Positions 20,282 through 29,939 of a stretch of 64,000 nt of DNA are shown here, piece by piece. Origin of the DNA: Capsulimonadales bacterium (GTDB taxonomy: Bacteria > Armatimonadota > Armatimonadia > Armatimonadales > Armatimonadaceae); assembly GCA_033762295.1 (NCBI GenBank), contig JANRLW010000078.1, forward strand, positions 1 to 64,000, in the 5' to 3' direction. The notes beneath the pieces are model-generated. The model was not told the DNA's origin. It worked only from the letters and a program-made list of their open reading frames with translations, and did not search any database. The position numbers and the translations under genes were made by a program. Numbering within the stretch: position 1 is the first letter of the stretch; each line of letters opens with the position of its first letter.

Positions 20282-21043
20282 CTAAACTTTCGCGTTCCAG
20301 CGGACGGCAACAGACTCGACGGCTTTCATAGTAACCTCGATCGAACTTACCGGATCAATGACCAACTCTAACTCGGGCTTACTATTGACAGAGCGTACCA
20401 AAGCAAGAACGTAACGGTCATTCAGCTCCCGAGCAACCGACCACTCTTTGTCCGTAAACGAAATCAGCCCATTTCTTTCGCTGACACCTTTTACTTCGAT
20501 AGCACGATATTCCGTAGGATAGTTAGCACGAAAGTCAAACCCTATCCCGAACATACGTGTATCTTCAAGAGAGCTACCTTTGAACAAGGTGAGGTGGGGA
20601 AATCGCTCCATAAAGTGCTTTTCCGCCGCTACCCCCGTTTTGAGCCGGTTGGCGTATGCGTTATTTTCGGATTCGGATACACTTTGGTCCTTAGGAATCG
20701 CGGCAATCGGGCTTGTGTAAACGGCAACCTCTTTTGCTTCACCATCCAGAACCGTTTTTACGATTTCAAACATTGCAGATTCACTCAGGCTGTCGAATGC
20801 CTGCATGACGATCATACGAGAACGGATTACCGGGCGTTGATACCAACCAACGCGTATGACCGAACAAAACGGATCAAACTCATCCCGCATATTCTTAATT
20901 GTCGCAGGTTTAACTCTCAATAAATCGCCGATTTTCTGAAATGCTTCCTTAAAAGTATTGAATCCTAACGCACGATAGCCTTTACGGTCAAACCGTGAGA
21001 GAAAGTAGGCGACAATTAAGGCACGTCTGTGGTCTTCATCCAT
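20282..21043 (-). CDS. DUF3883 (NO VEIN C-terminal, PD-(D/E)xK) nuclease-like protein, low GC
   Basis: G..AE..F, GFDF, AIEVKG, FTDKEW, YVLALV; N-terminal IKNMRDEFDP..GW domain; visibly AT-richer than flanks. Confidence 0.75.
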   Translation of the reverse strand: MDEDHRRALIVAYFLSRFDRKGYRALGFNTFKEAFQKIGDLLRVKPATIKNMRDEFDPFCSVIRVGWYQRPVIRSRMIVMQAFDSLSESAMFEIVKTVLDGEAKEVAVYTSPIAAIPKDQSVSESENNAYANRLKTGVAAEKHFMERFPHLTLFKGSSLEDTRMFGIGFDFRANYPTEYRAIEVKGVSERNGLISFTDKEWSVARELNDRYVLALVRSVNSKPELELVIDPVSSIEVTMKAVESVAVRWNAKV

Positions 21044-21080
21044 CGGCGACCCGGAAACAGGGACATTTTTTTCTTCCTGA

Positions 21081-21893
21081 TTACTCAAATTCGTACTCAC
21101 CTTGCGTGGCGGCGCGTTCATAAGCCATCCGCGGAATCTGCGTGGCGAGCTTGCCCCCGCTGATGTCGATCATCGTACCGGTGATATATCCCGCCAGGTC
21201 CGACGAGAGGAAGCAGATCAGATTCGCCACCTCCTTCGCCTCCTGCCACCGGCGCAACGTCAGCGTGTCCAGAAGGCGCGACTGCGTTTCCGGCGCGCGT
21301 TCGGTAAAGTGGTTCATCTCGGTCGGAATCATACCGGGGGAGTAGCAGTTGACCGTGATGTTCCAGGGACCGACCTCCCCGGCCAGCACGCGCGTGAAGT
21401 AGTGGACGCCCGCCTTGGACGAGGCGTAGGCCGCGCTTCCGAGCGAGGGTACGATCGCGGCGAACGACGCGGCGTTCAGAATCCGCCCGCTCCTCTGCTG
21501 TTTCATCGTCGGGAGAACGGCCCGGCACATCAGGAAGGTGCCCTTCAGATTGATATCCTGGTTGGCGTCCCACGCCTCCTCGGTCAGTTCCTCGACGTAG
21601 GTGCCGACGGCGACCCCGGCATTATTGACCAGAATATCGATCCGACCGTAGGTGGAAACGACCTCCTCGACCAGAGAGGCGATGGCGGTGGCATCGCGCA
21701 CGTCCACCTTCCGGGCAAGTCCTTCCCAACCCTGTGCCGTAAACTCCGAAGTCAACGCGTCGAGTAAGTCCTGGCGCACATCGGTGGCGACCACTTTGAC
21801 GCCTTCACGGGCAAGCGTGGTCAGTATCTCATTTCCGATACCACGGCCCGCACCGGTAACAAGGGCGACTTTGCCCCGCAGATCGATTTCCAT
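21081..21893 (-). CDS. SDR family oxidoreductase
   Basis: TGAGRGIG, NNAG, YASSK. Confidence 0.95.
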   Translation of the reverse strand: MEIDLRGKVALVTGAGRGIGNEILTTLAREGVKVVATDVRQDLLDALTSEFTAQGWEGLARKVDVRDATAIASLVEEVVSTYGRIDILVNNAGVAVGTYVEELTEEAWDANQDINLKGTFLMCRAVLPTMKQQRSGRILNAASFAAIVPSLGSAAYASSKAGVHYFTRVLAGEVGPWNITVNCYSPGMIPTEMNHFTERAPETQSRLLDTLTLRRWQEAKEVANLICFLSSDLAGYITGTMIDISGGKLATQIPRMAYERAATQGEYEFE

Positions 21894-22114
21894 GATGCTC
21901 CACTTCCGACGGTTGATTTCGATGTTAGGTTAACCGTCTTCACCGAAATAACCTAACCTCCTGAACGTAACCTCATCAAACTTTCTATGAGACCCCGGAG
22001 ATAGGTAAAAGCCGCCCGGTTGGACTTAGTTGGAGATCCTCTGATGAGGCAACCTGAACCGAAAATTCCCCTTCCCGTTTAGCGATTTCTCGCGACGCCT
22101 CGATAGAGCAGGCA

Positions 22115-23245
22115 ATGATGACCTACGACGAAGCGGTTTCTCTGGCGGAACAAGGGTTGCTCTCCGAAGCCGCCGCGCGGTACGGCCTGGAGGGCAGTAC
22201 CTTCAAGCAAGTTCCGGCCCACCCGGGCGGGCGCAATCTTCTCTATTCCGTCGAGAAGGCGGACGCGGCCCCCACCCTGCTTCGTATCGCCTTCTTAAAC
22301 GACCGGAGCCCGGAGGAACACCTCGGTGAAGTGGAATTCGTCCGCTATCTCCACGAACAGGGTGGCAGCGTCCCGGCGGTTCTCCTCTCCCGCAGGGGCC
22401 ATCCGCTCGAAGAGATCCTCTGCCAAAATCATCGATTTTTCGTCTGTCTGTTTGAAAAGGCCCGTGGAATGCGACTGGCAGACAACGGGTATCGCTACCG
22501 GGAAGGCGTTCCCCTGACCGAGTACTTCCATAACTGCGGCAAAGTCCTCGGGCAACTTCACCGGTTGTCGAAAGAGTATGCGCCGGTCCATCGCCGCTAC
22601 GAATTTTCGGAGAAATACACGACCGATTTTATCGACTCGACCGTACCGCCCGCCTTTGTCACCCTGAAAGAGAGGCTGATTCAGCTAACGGAAACACTGG
22701 CAGGGCTGGATAGAAACCGCGAGTCGTACGGCATGATCCACTTCGACTTCAACGACGGCAACTACACGATAGATTACGATACGGGTCAGATCACCGTCTT
22801 TGATTTCGATAACGCCTGTTTCGGCTGGTATCTGTTCGATGTGGCCGACCTCTGGCGAAACGGCGTCGGCTGGATACGATCCGAACCCGACGCCGACAAG
22901 CGTCGGGCGTTCATGGACGACTATTTCCGGACGGCGATTGCCGGTTATCGCTCGGAAACCTCTCCGAACGATTCCGACCTGCGGAAGTTGCCCCTCTTCC
23001 TTCAGGCGACCCTGATGGAAAACGTCCTGGATGAATTTGAAGCGATGCGTCGTGAAGGAGAGGAGCCGGTGGCGGATGCCGAGATGTCATACCGCATACG
23101 GTGTCTGGCGGACAACATTCCGTATCTGGGCCTATTCGACCCGGTTTACTCCCCCGACCAACCGTTCATGACCGTCCCATACGGGGCGTCGGAGCCACGG
23201 AGGGAGGCGTCGAGCGTCTCCCTGCCGGAATTCACTTCGTTCTGA
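22115..23245 (+). CDS. APH/choline-kinase-like phosphotransferase (YerI/AmiN-like)
   Basis: GKVLGQLH, YGMIHFDFNDGNY, TVFDFD, WYLFD. Confidence 0.85.
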   Translation: MMTYDEAVSLAEQGLLSEAAARYGLEGSTFKQVPAHPGGRNLLYSVEKADAAPTLLRIAFLNDRSPEEHLGEVEFVRYLHEQGGSVPAVLLSRRGHPLEEILCQNHRFFVCLFEKARGMRLADNGYRYREGVPLTEYFHNCGKVLGQLHRLSKEYAPVHRRYEFSEKYTTDFIDSTVPPAFVTLKERLIQLTETLAGLDRNRESYGMIHFDFNDGNYTIDYDTGQITVFDFDNACFGWYLFDVADLWRNGVGWIRSEPDADKRRAFMDDYFRTAIAGYRSETSPNDSDLRKLPLFLQATLMENVLDEFEAMRREGEEPVADAEMSYRIRCLADNIPYLGLFDPVYSPDQPFMTVPYGASEPRREASSVSLPEFTSF

Positions 23246-23264
23246 TCCGATCTACTGACTCGAT

Positions 23265-24884
23265 CTACTGATCCAATTTTTTGTCGACCACCGGCCGCTT
23301 ATCCCGATTGGCGAGTTCCACACCGGTCATGAAGATGGTCCGGGTAATCTTCATCAGTTTGGCGAAATCGATCCGGGCCACCTCGTCGCTCGGCCGATGG
23401 TAGTCGACATGGGTGCCATCGAACCAGAAGATGATCGGAACGCCGCGCCGCGCGTAGTTATAATGGTCGCTCCGGAAAAAGAAACGGTTGGGATCGGCCG
23501 GGTCGTCGTAACGGTAGTTGTAGGTGAGGTTCAGATAGCGCGCATTGACCTGTTCGGCCAGTTCACCCAGTTCCGTACTCATCCGCTTCGAGCCGATCAT
23601 ATAGACTTCGTTCGGACCGGAGAGATCGGCGTTACGCGGTTCCGCATCCCCTTCCGGTCGGCTGCGCCCGATCATATCGATGTTTAACTGCGTGATGATC
23701 GAGGTCAGCGGGACGGTCGGACGGCTGGTGAAGTAGTCCGATCCCCAGAGTCCCTTCTCCTCCCCGCAGTGCCAGACGAAAAGAATGCTCCGCCGGGGCT
23801 TTACCTTGCTTCGCCCGAACGCCTCGGCCATGGCGAGCATGGCGACCGTCCCCGAACCGTCGTCGTCCGCTCCGTTGTAGATGGCGTCCCCGCGCCCGTC
23901 CGGTCGACCGACGCCGATATGATCGTAGTGCGCCCCGATCACGACGTACTCGTTCCTCAGGGCCGGGTCCGACCCATCGACGAGAGCGACGACGTTTTGC
24001 GTGGTCGCCTCCTCCTGCTGGCGAACGACGTTCAGCGTCAGGGTCTTCCCGGCGGAGAGTTCGAACGATTCGGTCGGCTTGCTCCGCATCAGGACCGCGC
24101 CCTCGACCTTTTCTCCCGCGAACAGTTTTTCAACCAGCATCGGGGACGGAATGACGGAGAGCGGCCCGCCCGACGGCGTCCGCGTATTTTGCGAGCCGAC
24201 CGGGGTCAACTGGCCCCCGAACCGCTCCCAGCCGCTGCGGAATCCGGCCCAGGCATCCGGCGTCTCCGAGGACGGCAGGCTGAGGATGCCCGCCGCACCG
24301 CTTTTCTCCGCCACCAGACGCACATCCTGATAATCCTTGCCCCGCTCCATCCGTCTCAGGTCCTGAAACGGCACGTCGGCGGGCGAATTACCGGTCACAA
24401 CCAGAAACTTCCCGCGTACGTCGATCCCCTTATACGGATCGATGCCGCGCGACGGAATCACATACCCATGACTGACATAGACGAGCGACCCGGTCCCGCC
24501 GCCCGGCGTCCGGGCCAAGAAATCGTCGCCGTATTTGAGGGGTTCGTTACCGAGGGAGCCGCCCGATCGCTCCGGAACCATCCGTGCTCCCTGCAAAACG
24601 ATCTTCTGAAAATAGGTGCCGTCGCCACCCATCGGCTTCAGGCCCCACGATTTCACGCGTTCGGCGATGAACTTCGCGGCCATATCCAGTCCGGGGGACG
24701 GCGTGTCGCGTCCCCGAAGTTCGTCCGAAGCGATATAGGTCAGGTTCTCCCGCAGGGAATCCTCCCGAATATAGCTTTCCGCCAGCGCCTTTCCTTCGGC
24801 GAAATCACGCTGAGCGCGAGCGGGAGCGGCGGGCAGGAAGACGACGCCCAGAAGACCGACAGCGAACAGAGAGGCAGGTTTCAA
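23265..24884 (-). CDS. Secreted M28 family metallopeptidase with PA domain
   Basis: Signal peptide; GAHYDH, GADDDGSG, GEEKGLWGS, NIDMIG, RSDHYNY, DYH all intact. Confidence 0.93.
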   Translation of the reverse strand: MKPASLFAVGLLGVVFLPAAPARAQRDFAEGKALAESYIREDSLRENLTYIASDELRGRDTPSPGLDMAAKFIAERVKSWGLKPMGGDGTYFQKIVLQGARMVPERSGGSLGNEPLKYGDDFLARTPGGGTGSLVYVSHGYVIPSRGIDPYKGIDVRGKFLVVTGNSPADVPFQDLRRMERGKDYQDVRLVAEKSGAAGILSLPSSETPDAWAGFRSGWERFGGQLTPVGSQNTRTPSGGPLSVIPSPMLVEKLFAGEKVEGAVLMRSKPTESFELSAGKTLTLNVVRQQEEATTQNVVALVDGSDPALRNEYVVIGAHYDHIGVGRPDGRGDAIYNGADDDGSGTVAMLAMAEAFGRSKVKPRRSILFVWHCGEEKGLWGSDYFTSRPTVPLTSIITQLNIDMIGRSRPEGDAEPRNADLSGPNEVYMIGSKRMSTELGELAEQVNARYLNLTYNYRYDDPADPNRFFFRSDHYNYARRGVPIIFWFDGTHVDYHRPSDEVARIDFAKLMKITRTIFMTGVELANRDKRPVVDKKLDQ

Positions 24885-24959
24885 ACGGAGTTCCTCTTTC
24901 CAACGGCACGAGACCGCCGAAGCCTGACGCCTCGGCGGTCTTGGAGCGGAGTACGGTAA

Positions 24960-25742
24960 TCAGTGATGTCCGATGGAGCCGACGCTGATTTCGATGTCGG
25001 CTCGATTCTCGATCTTGTCCACCCGGCCATCACGAATCCAGACGATCCGGTCGGACACATCGACCATCTTGTGGTCGTGGGTCGCGGAGATGATCGTGAC
25101 ATTCTCCTTCTTGTTCAATTCACGAAGGAGGGAGATAATCGCGATCCCGGTTTTCTCATCCAGGTTTCCGGTCGGTTCGTCGGCGAGAACGATCGACGGC
25201 CGGTTGGCGAGGCTGCGGGCAATCGCGACACGTTGCTGCTGACCGCCGGATAGCTGGGACGGTTTGTTGTGCAGTCGATGCCCGAGTTCGACCATGTTCA
25301 GGAGTTCGATGGCGCGGTTCTGTCCCTCCTCGGCCGGCATACCGGCGAAGACGGTCGGCAGCATGACGTTCTCCAGCGCGGTCATGACCGGAATCAGGTT
25401 GAACGTCTGGAAGATGTAGCCGATCGTATGACAGCGGAGGAAGGCGAGTTCCTGCGCGTCCAGCTGCGCCATATCGACGTCGTTGATAAAGACCGTGCCG
25501 CTGTTGGGCTTGTCCAGTCCGCCGATCATGTTGAAGAAGGTGGACTTCCCCGAACCGGACGGACCCATGATCGAGATATACTCGCCCCGCTTGATATCGA
25601 GGGAGATCCCCTTCAGGGCATGGACCTCTTCGTTCCCCATCTTGAAGACCTTGGTGACGTCTTTGGCGCGGACCACATATTCGGTTCGGGAGCCGGACCC
25701 GCGTACGCTTTGCTCCGATGCTTCAGGTGCTTGTGTCGACAT
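24960..25742 (-). CDS. ABC transporter ATP-binding protein (LolD/MacB-type)
   Basis: GPSGSGKS, LSGGQQQR, LADEPTGNLD, ATHD; ATG at 25742. Confidence 0.95.
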   Translation of the reverse strand: MSTQAPEASEQSVRGSGSRTEYVVRAKDVTKVFKMGNEEVHALKGISLDIKRGEYISIMGPSGSGKSTFFNMIGGLDKPNSGTVFINDVDMAQLDAQELAFLRCHTIGYIFQTFNLIPVMTALENVMLPTVFAGMPAEEGQNRAIELLNMVELGHRLHNKPSQLSGGQQQRVAIARSLANRPSIVLADEPTGNLDEKTGIAIISLLRELNKKENVTIISATHDHKMVDVSDRIVWIRDGRVDKIENRADIEISVGSIGHH

Positions 25743-25753
25743 GGTTTTCTTTC

Positions 25754-26410
25754 TCAAACATCCGTACGTAGGGCGGCGGCGGGCGGGATATTGGCCGCCT
25801 GACGCGCGGGAATATAGGTCGCAATGGCGGTCAGCAAGGTGCCCAGGCCGACGCAGACCCAGAACGAACCGAACGGCAACCCGAACAGGTCGCCGATATC
25901 CAGGGAGCCGTGCCAGGTCGTGCCCGGCGGCGCGGTCTTCGGAACGCCGATCACGATTTTGGTCAGGATCATCAGCAACGTCCCGACCGCCCAGCCGAAT
26001 CCGGAAGCGATCGCGCCCATGGCGATGGCCTCGATCATAAAGATCTTGACGATAAACTGGCTCAGCGCGCCGAGACACTTCATGGTCCCGATCTCTCGGA
26101 ACCGCTCGGAGACGCTCATCAGCATCGAGTTGGTGATTCCGACGACGCAGACCGCGAGCGACAGCGCGACCAGCCAGTTCAGACGTGCCGCTTCCGACGG
26201 TTCGATATCCGCTCCCTTGACCGACTTATCCAGGAGGATCGACGCCAGAAAGGCGATACCGAGAAAGATACCGCCCGCCGTGATCAACGATCGCGCGAAC
26301 CGGATACGAACGCTCTTCCAGGCGAACTCCACCGCTTTGGAGAGCGGAAGGGCCACCTGTTTCTTGATGCCGCGATCGGCGGCGATATGGGCGAGATTAT
26401 TGGCGCTCAT
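25754..26410 (-). CDS. Small FtsX-like ABC permease
   Basis: GITNSMLMSVSERFREIGTMKCLGA, PARQAANIPPAAALR; almost no extracytoplasmic domain. Confidence 0.9.
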   Translation of the reverse strand: MSANNLAHIAADRGIKKQVALPLSKAVEFAWKSVRIRFARSLITAGGIFLGIAFLASILLDKSVKGADIEPSEAARLNWLVALSLAVCVVGITNSMLMSVSERFREIGTMKCLGALSQFIVKIFMIEAIAMGAIASGFGWAVGTLLMILTKIVIGVPKTAPPGTTWHGSLDIGDLFGLPFGSFWVCVGLGTLLTAIATYIPARQAANIPPAAALRTDV

Positions 26411-26844
26411 GCTTTTTTCGATTTCCGTGTCGCGGTTCCCGTCCCGCGCTTCAAGATCACCAGCTGACGCTGGGCGAGCATTCGCAGATACGCCGTTACC
26501 GACGTCTCCGCCTGCCGTCGATTCAATTTGTACCGCTCGACCACTTTCTTCGTGATCGCCTCGACGCTATTCGCGCCATCGCACATCTCCCAGACATCGG
26601 AACCGATCTCATCCAGTTCGAGTTTCCGATAGTCGGGCAGTTTGAAGATCCTCGCCACCGCGTTCCCGAACCGATCGCTGCGGCGCGGTATGCGCAGCAG
26701 GGCGACCGGCGGCGTATCGGGGCGCACCGCCTCCCGATCCCACGGCACTTTCGGATTGCGCAGCGGTTTCGACGCCAGCACTTCCGCCCGCGAGACCTTC
26801 GGTTTCCCCCCCGTGATCCGCTCTTTCAAAAACTGCACGATCAT
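26407..26844 (-). CDS. PqqD-family (RRE-like) protein
   Basis: LELDEIGSDVWEMCDGANSVEAI...YL..LAQRQLV; ATG at 26844 overlaps the upstream stop. Confidence 0.8.
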   Translation of the reverse strand: MIVQFLKERITGGKPKVSRAEVLASKPLRNPKVPWDREAVRPDTPPVALLRIPRRSDRFGNAVARIFKLPDYRKLELDEIGSDVWEMCDGANSVEAITKKVVERYKLNRRQAETSVTAYLRMLAQRQLVILKRGTGTATRKSKKA

Positions 26845-27830
26845 CGATGGCACCGTGTCCGCCGCGCGACCTCCGCCACGGAGTCGCCGGAGCGGAACGT
26901 CCGAAAACCTTCCACCAGATACACCTTGTTCGACTCCGCGCACTCCCAGGCGACCGCCGAGAAGCGGGTGGCCGGCACCTGAAACCGCGACAACTGCTGC
27001 GGAACCTGCATCCAGGGCAAACCGATCCCCAGTCCGCCGCTCAGAATCAGCGCCGGATGTCCCTGCGCCTCCCCTTCCGCCGCCGCGTAACGCGCCTGCG
27101 TCAGTTCCGCCTTCGAGTTGATGGTCAGCCAACGGTCCAGATACTCATCCCGACGCGAGATGTTCGCGATTGCCCACTGCTCCACCGACAGCCGTTCGGC
27201 CCGATGAGCGAAGGACAGTCGCAGATAGACATTCATCAACTGCTGTCCGACCAGCGTAAATGTCGCCGGAATCTCCGTATACAGGTCGTAGAGCGCCCAG
27301 ATACGCCATGCCGGGTCGTCGCCGTGGCACCGGAGCGACCCGAGTATTTCGTTCGCCACCGTGCCCAGACTGCCGCGCCCGGAAGGATGTCCGAGCACCT
27401 GCACGATCACCACCCGCTTGCAGGTCTGACAGAACCAGATCGCGCCGAACGCTTTCCGATCCCCGACCCACTGAAACCCCTTCACCGTCCGATCGTCCCG
27501 CAGTACCGACTTCGGCGGCGCGACCTCTTTCGTCGTCAGGTCGATCTTCTTTTTTCGTGCCGTCCGCCGAAGCGCGCCGAAATAGGTCTCCAGACGAGCG
27601 TCGAGTTCCGGCGCCTTTTTCGCCTTCGCCGGTTCCGTCACCCACTTGATTTCGGCTCCCTGCTCCTCGCTGTCGTCGACCCGCAGGTACCCGCTCGTCT
27701 CATCGCCGGAAAATCCGGTCAGGTCCCACTCCTCGGGCACGTCGAGCGTAAAGCCCTGCCAGCCGATCGGCTTGGGTTTCGATTTCGTGGCTGCGGGACG
27801 TCGTGCGTCCCTCTCCTTGACGGTGTTCAT
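26841..27830 (-). CDS. Conserved-looking hypothetical protein of the PqqD/transporter operon
   Basis: Translationally coupled; apparent internal duplication (WQGFTLDVPEEW..WFCQTCKRV / WALYDLYTEIPATF..WECAESNKV). Confidence 0.8.
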   Translation of the reverse strand: MNTVKERDARRPAATKSKPKPIGWQGFTLDVPEEWDLTGFSGDETSGYLRVDDSEEQGAEIKWVTEPAKAKKAPELDARLETYFGALRRTARKKKIDLTTKEVAPPKSVLRDDRTVKGFQWVGDRKAFGAIWFCQTCKRVVIVQVLGHPSGRGSLGTVANEILGSLRCHGDDPAWRIWALYDLYTEIPATFTLVGQQLMNVYLRLSFAHRAERLSVEQWAIANISRRDEYLDRWLTINSKAELTQARYAAAEGEAQGHPALILSGGLGIGLPWMQVPQQLSRFQVPATRFSAVAWECAESNKVYLVEGFRTFRSGDSVAEVARRTRCHR

Positions 27831-27850
27831 GATGCCCCGGACACGATACC

Positions 27851-29899
27851 CTAGAACGGCAGCGGCTGCACCGCTTTGGAAATCAGCGCGAGCGCGATCG
27901 CTCCCATACTGACCAGGCCCATCCCGCAGCCGAAACCGGCCAGAAGCACCGGGGTGTACTGCATCCAGCGCTCGGTTCCGAGGCGCTTTGCGAAGTAGAA
28001 CTTGCCGAAGCAGGCCCCGATAAAGGTCGGAATCGTGTAGTGCGGCATCGCGCCGGTACCGCCGGCCGCGCCGTAAAACGCCAGCATCGGCAGTTTCAGC
28101 AGGGACATGACGCCGTACAGGGCGAGCGTTCCCACCGCACTGATCCCGATCACGGTCGGCTTGATCGCATCCAGAACGAACGTCGAACCACCCGGCTTGT
28201 TGATCTGGTTCCAGATAGCCTGGTTCGCCGCGTTGATCGGCCAGATCTTCTGCGCGTACGGATACTGCGGCGACGGAATCGGCGACGTGTTCCAGATGAA
28301 CTGCCAGTAGAGCAGGCCGCCGATCAGGATGAGCGGGAACATCAGGATCTCGGCCTTGATGATCGACGTGAACTTGGTCCGCGTCAGTTCGACCTCGCGG
28401 AACTGCTGTGCCAGATAGCCATAATCGTGGAGCGGAATGGGGGCGTACCAGACGTCAATTTTCTGGTATCCCGACTTCATAATGGTCAGTTCCTTCAGGA
28501 ACGGGAAGTTGATTCCCTGCGAGGTCAGACCGAACATACGGGCGGCGACAAACGAGTTGATCGGGGTCCAGATCAGGCCGTACGTAATGAGCAGCCAGAG
28601 CGGGAACGTCGGCATCAGCCACTGGGTGAACCCGATATAGACGGCGGTCGCCAGCAGCCAGACGCCGATCGCAATCGGGAGCCAGCTCGGCTTGTCGCCC
28701 CGTCCTCGCGGCACTTCATTCCACGCCCCCCGGTTCTCCCGGTTCAGGCCGCGCGCCGCCTCGATCGATCCCTTGATGACGATGGTCAGACCGATCAACG
28801 CAATGGCGACCTGGATACCGACGCCGATCGACAGCCAGAGGTCGAGGTTGTTCGTGATACGGGTCGGGATCGTCCCCATGCCCGGATGCCACTGCGGCAA
28901 CAGGCCGTTATGGTAGAAGATCGGGTTCAGAACCAGATTGCAGATCAACGAGGAGACAAACGACCCGAGCACCATTTCAAACGGCAGGATGAACCCGACG
29001 AGCACGCTGCCGAGGTCGCCGGTAATCCCGATCGGCGCGGCGGGCAGGATGGTTTCGGTGGAGGGCATCAGGTCGACGAACGGGATCGGAATGATGGTCA
29101 GCGCGGTTCCGAACACGACCCCGGTAAAGACGGGAATCGCCGTGTAGATGGCGCCGAAGACCAGACCGATGGTCGTTCCGGTGGAAAAGATCTGCCAGCG
29201 CCAGGACTCCTCCTTCGACGAGGCTTCCGCCAGCGCGGTCGCACCGGACGCGGCGACGGACGCCAGCGGGAACGGCAGACGTTCGACGTCGGACGTGGCG
29301 CGGAACAGGATATACCCGGCCGGAATCCAGGAGACGCGTTCGAGCAACTGGCTGACGACCAGCACCCCCAGGGGCCCGAACCAGTCCTTGCTGAAGAAGG
29401 TGCGTTCGGCGATACCGGCGGCGTCCGGCTGCGGGGTCGCGAACCACGGCACCTCGCGCGCGATCGCCGCCGCCTGCGGACTCTGGACGAAATACTGGTT
29501 CCAGATCAGGAAGCCCAGCGGTCCTCCGGAGATGCCCCGGTCGCCGAGGGCGGCGGCGGACAGTCCGCCCGCCACGTAGAACAGCAGATAGAGTTCCTGT
29601 CGGGACAGAGGAAGGAACGAACGGCGGCAGATCTCGGCGAAGAGCACGATGGTGACCCACTGGGCGGCCGCGCCGAGTCCCTGCCCGGCCACCAGTCCCA
29701 GGTAGATCGCCCCCGGCATCATGATCAGAGCGACAAAGAACGCCCCGATCAGGGTCTTGATGGTAAACCCTTCCTGGTAAAGAGTCTCCTCGTCACCGGC
29801 GGTATCCTCGACGCGATCTCGGGCCGCGGCGATATCGTTGCCGGACCGCTCCATCGCCTCGCGACGCTCTTCTCTGCTTTCGTCAAATTCCTCGCTCAC
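27851..29899 (-). CDS. OPT-like multi-TM peptide transporter
   Basis: 682 aa with many TM helices; ERLPFP motif resembling the OPT-superfamily loop. Confidence 0.75.
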   Translation of the reverse strand: MSEEFDESREERREAMERSGNDIAAARDRVEDTAGDEETLYQEGFTIKTLIGAFFVALIMMPGAIYLGLVAGQGLGAAAQWVTIVLFAEICRRSFLPLSRQELYLLFYVAGGLSAAALGDRGISGGPLGFLIWNQYFVQSPQAAAIAREVPWFATPQPDAAGIAERTFFSKDWFGPLGVLVVSQLLERVSWIPAGYILFRATSDVERLPFPLASVAASGATALAEASSKEESWRWQIFSTGTTIGLVFGAIYTAIPVFTGVVFGTALTIIPIPFVDLMPSTETILPAAPIGITGDLGSVLVGFILPFEMVLGSFVSSLICNLVLNPIFYHNGLLPQWHPGMGTIPTRITNNLDLWLSIGVGIQVAIALIGLTIVIKGSIEAARGLNRENRGAWNEVPRGRGDKPSWLPIAIGVWLLATAVYIGFTQWLMPTFPLWLLITYGLIWTPINSFVAARMFGLTSQGINFPFLKELTIMKSGYQKIDVWYAPIPLHDYGYLAQQFREVELTRTKFTSIIKAEILMFPLILIGGLLYWQFIWNTSPIPSPQYPYAQKIWPINAANQAIWNQINKPGGSTFVLDAIKPTVIGISAVGTLALYGVMSLLKLPMLAFYGAAGGTGAMPHYTIPTFIGACFGKFYFAKRLGTERWMQYTPVLLAGFGCGMGLVSMGAIALALISKAVQPLPF

Positions 29900-29939
29900 A
29901 ACCGTGTCCTTTATCGTTACTAATGCCGGAAATTCATTG

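Noticed and set aside
26407..26844. PQQ biosynthesis or a canonical RiPP cluster
   Set aside because: No pqqA/B/C/E, no maturase and no precursor seen; the only radical SAM in the window is QueE.
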